Origin: Paraglomus brasilianum
Lineage: Eukaryota
Assembly (NCBI GenBank): GCA_910592345.1
Contig: CAJVPI010000041.1
Location: forward strand, 1 to 64,000
DNA: 64,000 bases
Direction of reading: 5' to 3'
Numbering within the stretch: the stretch's first letter is position 1; each line of letters begins with the position of its first letter. This document shows positions 63,271 through 64,000 of this stretch, piece by piece. The position numbers and the translations under genes were made by a program. Under the pieces are notes generated by a model. That model saw only the letters and a list, made by a program, of their open reading frames with translations, did not search any database and had not been told where the DNA came from.

Positions 63271-64000
63271 GCAATTGATGTGTCAATGAGAATGCTAAAA
63301 GTCGCACAAATTGATTGATGATCGGTATACAGCCAAGTTAACAAGCCCAGGACCGCTCTCCATATGTTGGATTCTTTCCTTGCTAATTGTCTAGTCTCCT
63401 CTCCGGGTGACGGTTGCCCATACGAGTCAACTTTCTAATTTTTGAAAATCTTTTTGCATGCCCTGAATTACGATATTTTGTTTTCTATTATCTTCCATAA
63501 CTGATCATTCTGTGACCGTAGGAACTTACGTTCAGTGACGGCTTGATGCTTCACCGCTAGTAACATCGATAGGCTCGTCGCGAACTATCCGTATGCGACG
63601 TTATAGACGGTTTGTTGAGTGTAAGGCATTTACATATACACAGATACACAGTGAACCTGGATATAATGTGATAGCTGGCAGCAAAGAATTTGAATGTTGA
63701 TAATTCTGTTATAATCACTCTTTCTAATTTAAGAAAAAAAAACTCTCAAACAAGTGTAGAATTAGCACGACAAACTACTCTTGAGGATTCAATGTGTAGT
63801 ACTAGTCAGTTTACAATTATATCGAGTAATACAGATGGCACGTGATTGACCTGTTTATAATGCAGTAATGAAGCTACATAAGACTTCCTTATAAAAACGG
63901 TAGTATTTACATTCTGGTCAGTCGTAGATATGAGGGCAATGATGGCGAATACAAACATTAAATTGTGGAGGAAGCACCTACTAGATTAGATAATTTGTAG

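Overview
AT-rich, intron-containing eukaryotic DNA from an early-diverging fungus, most likely Glomeromycotina/Mucoromycota (inferred from the MATA-HMG, Sel1, Crinkler-type and F-box families plus SKA1). The host gene blocks are a PX-BAR sorting nexin, a U-box/RING-TPR gene, BRN1, a USP gene, SKA1, an HMG-box factor, NCS6, a hypothetical gene, TAF5 and an F-box gene. They are interspersed with pogo/Tc1 MITEs and remnants. The main observation is a ~16 kb decayed virus-like element at about 32.1-47.96 kb whose core genes are intronless. It encodes an NCLDV-type endonuclease, an A32/Polinton-type packaging ATPase, a retropepsin, a protelomerase-like tyrosine recombinase, a small Zn-finger protein and a fused AEP primase/UL9-like helicase. 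These are followed by 1.9 kb of repeats, including an array of palindromes with AT-rich cores. The element ends abruptly in a perfect 32-bp palindrome (47927-47958) that looks like an opened hairpin telomere. Together these suggest an endogenised hairpin-ended linear DNA virus or plasmid. It also carries a Crinkler-type NTPase-nuclease cassette bracketed by a 13-bp direct repeat. No capsid gene and no left terminus were found. All family assignments come from motif reading by eye and need HMM or structure confirmation.
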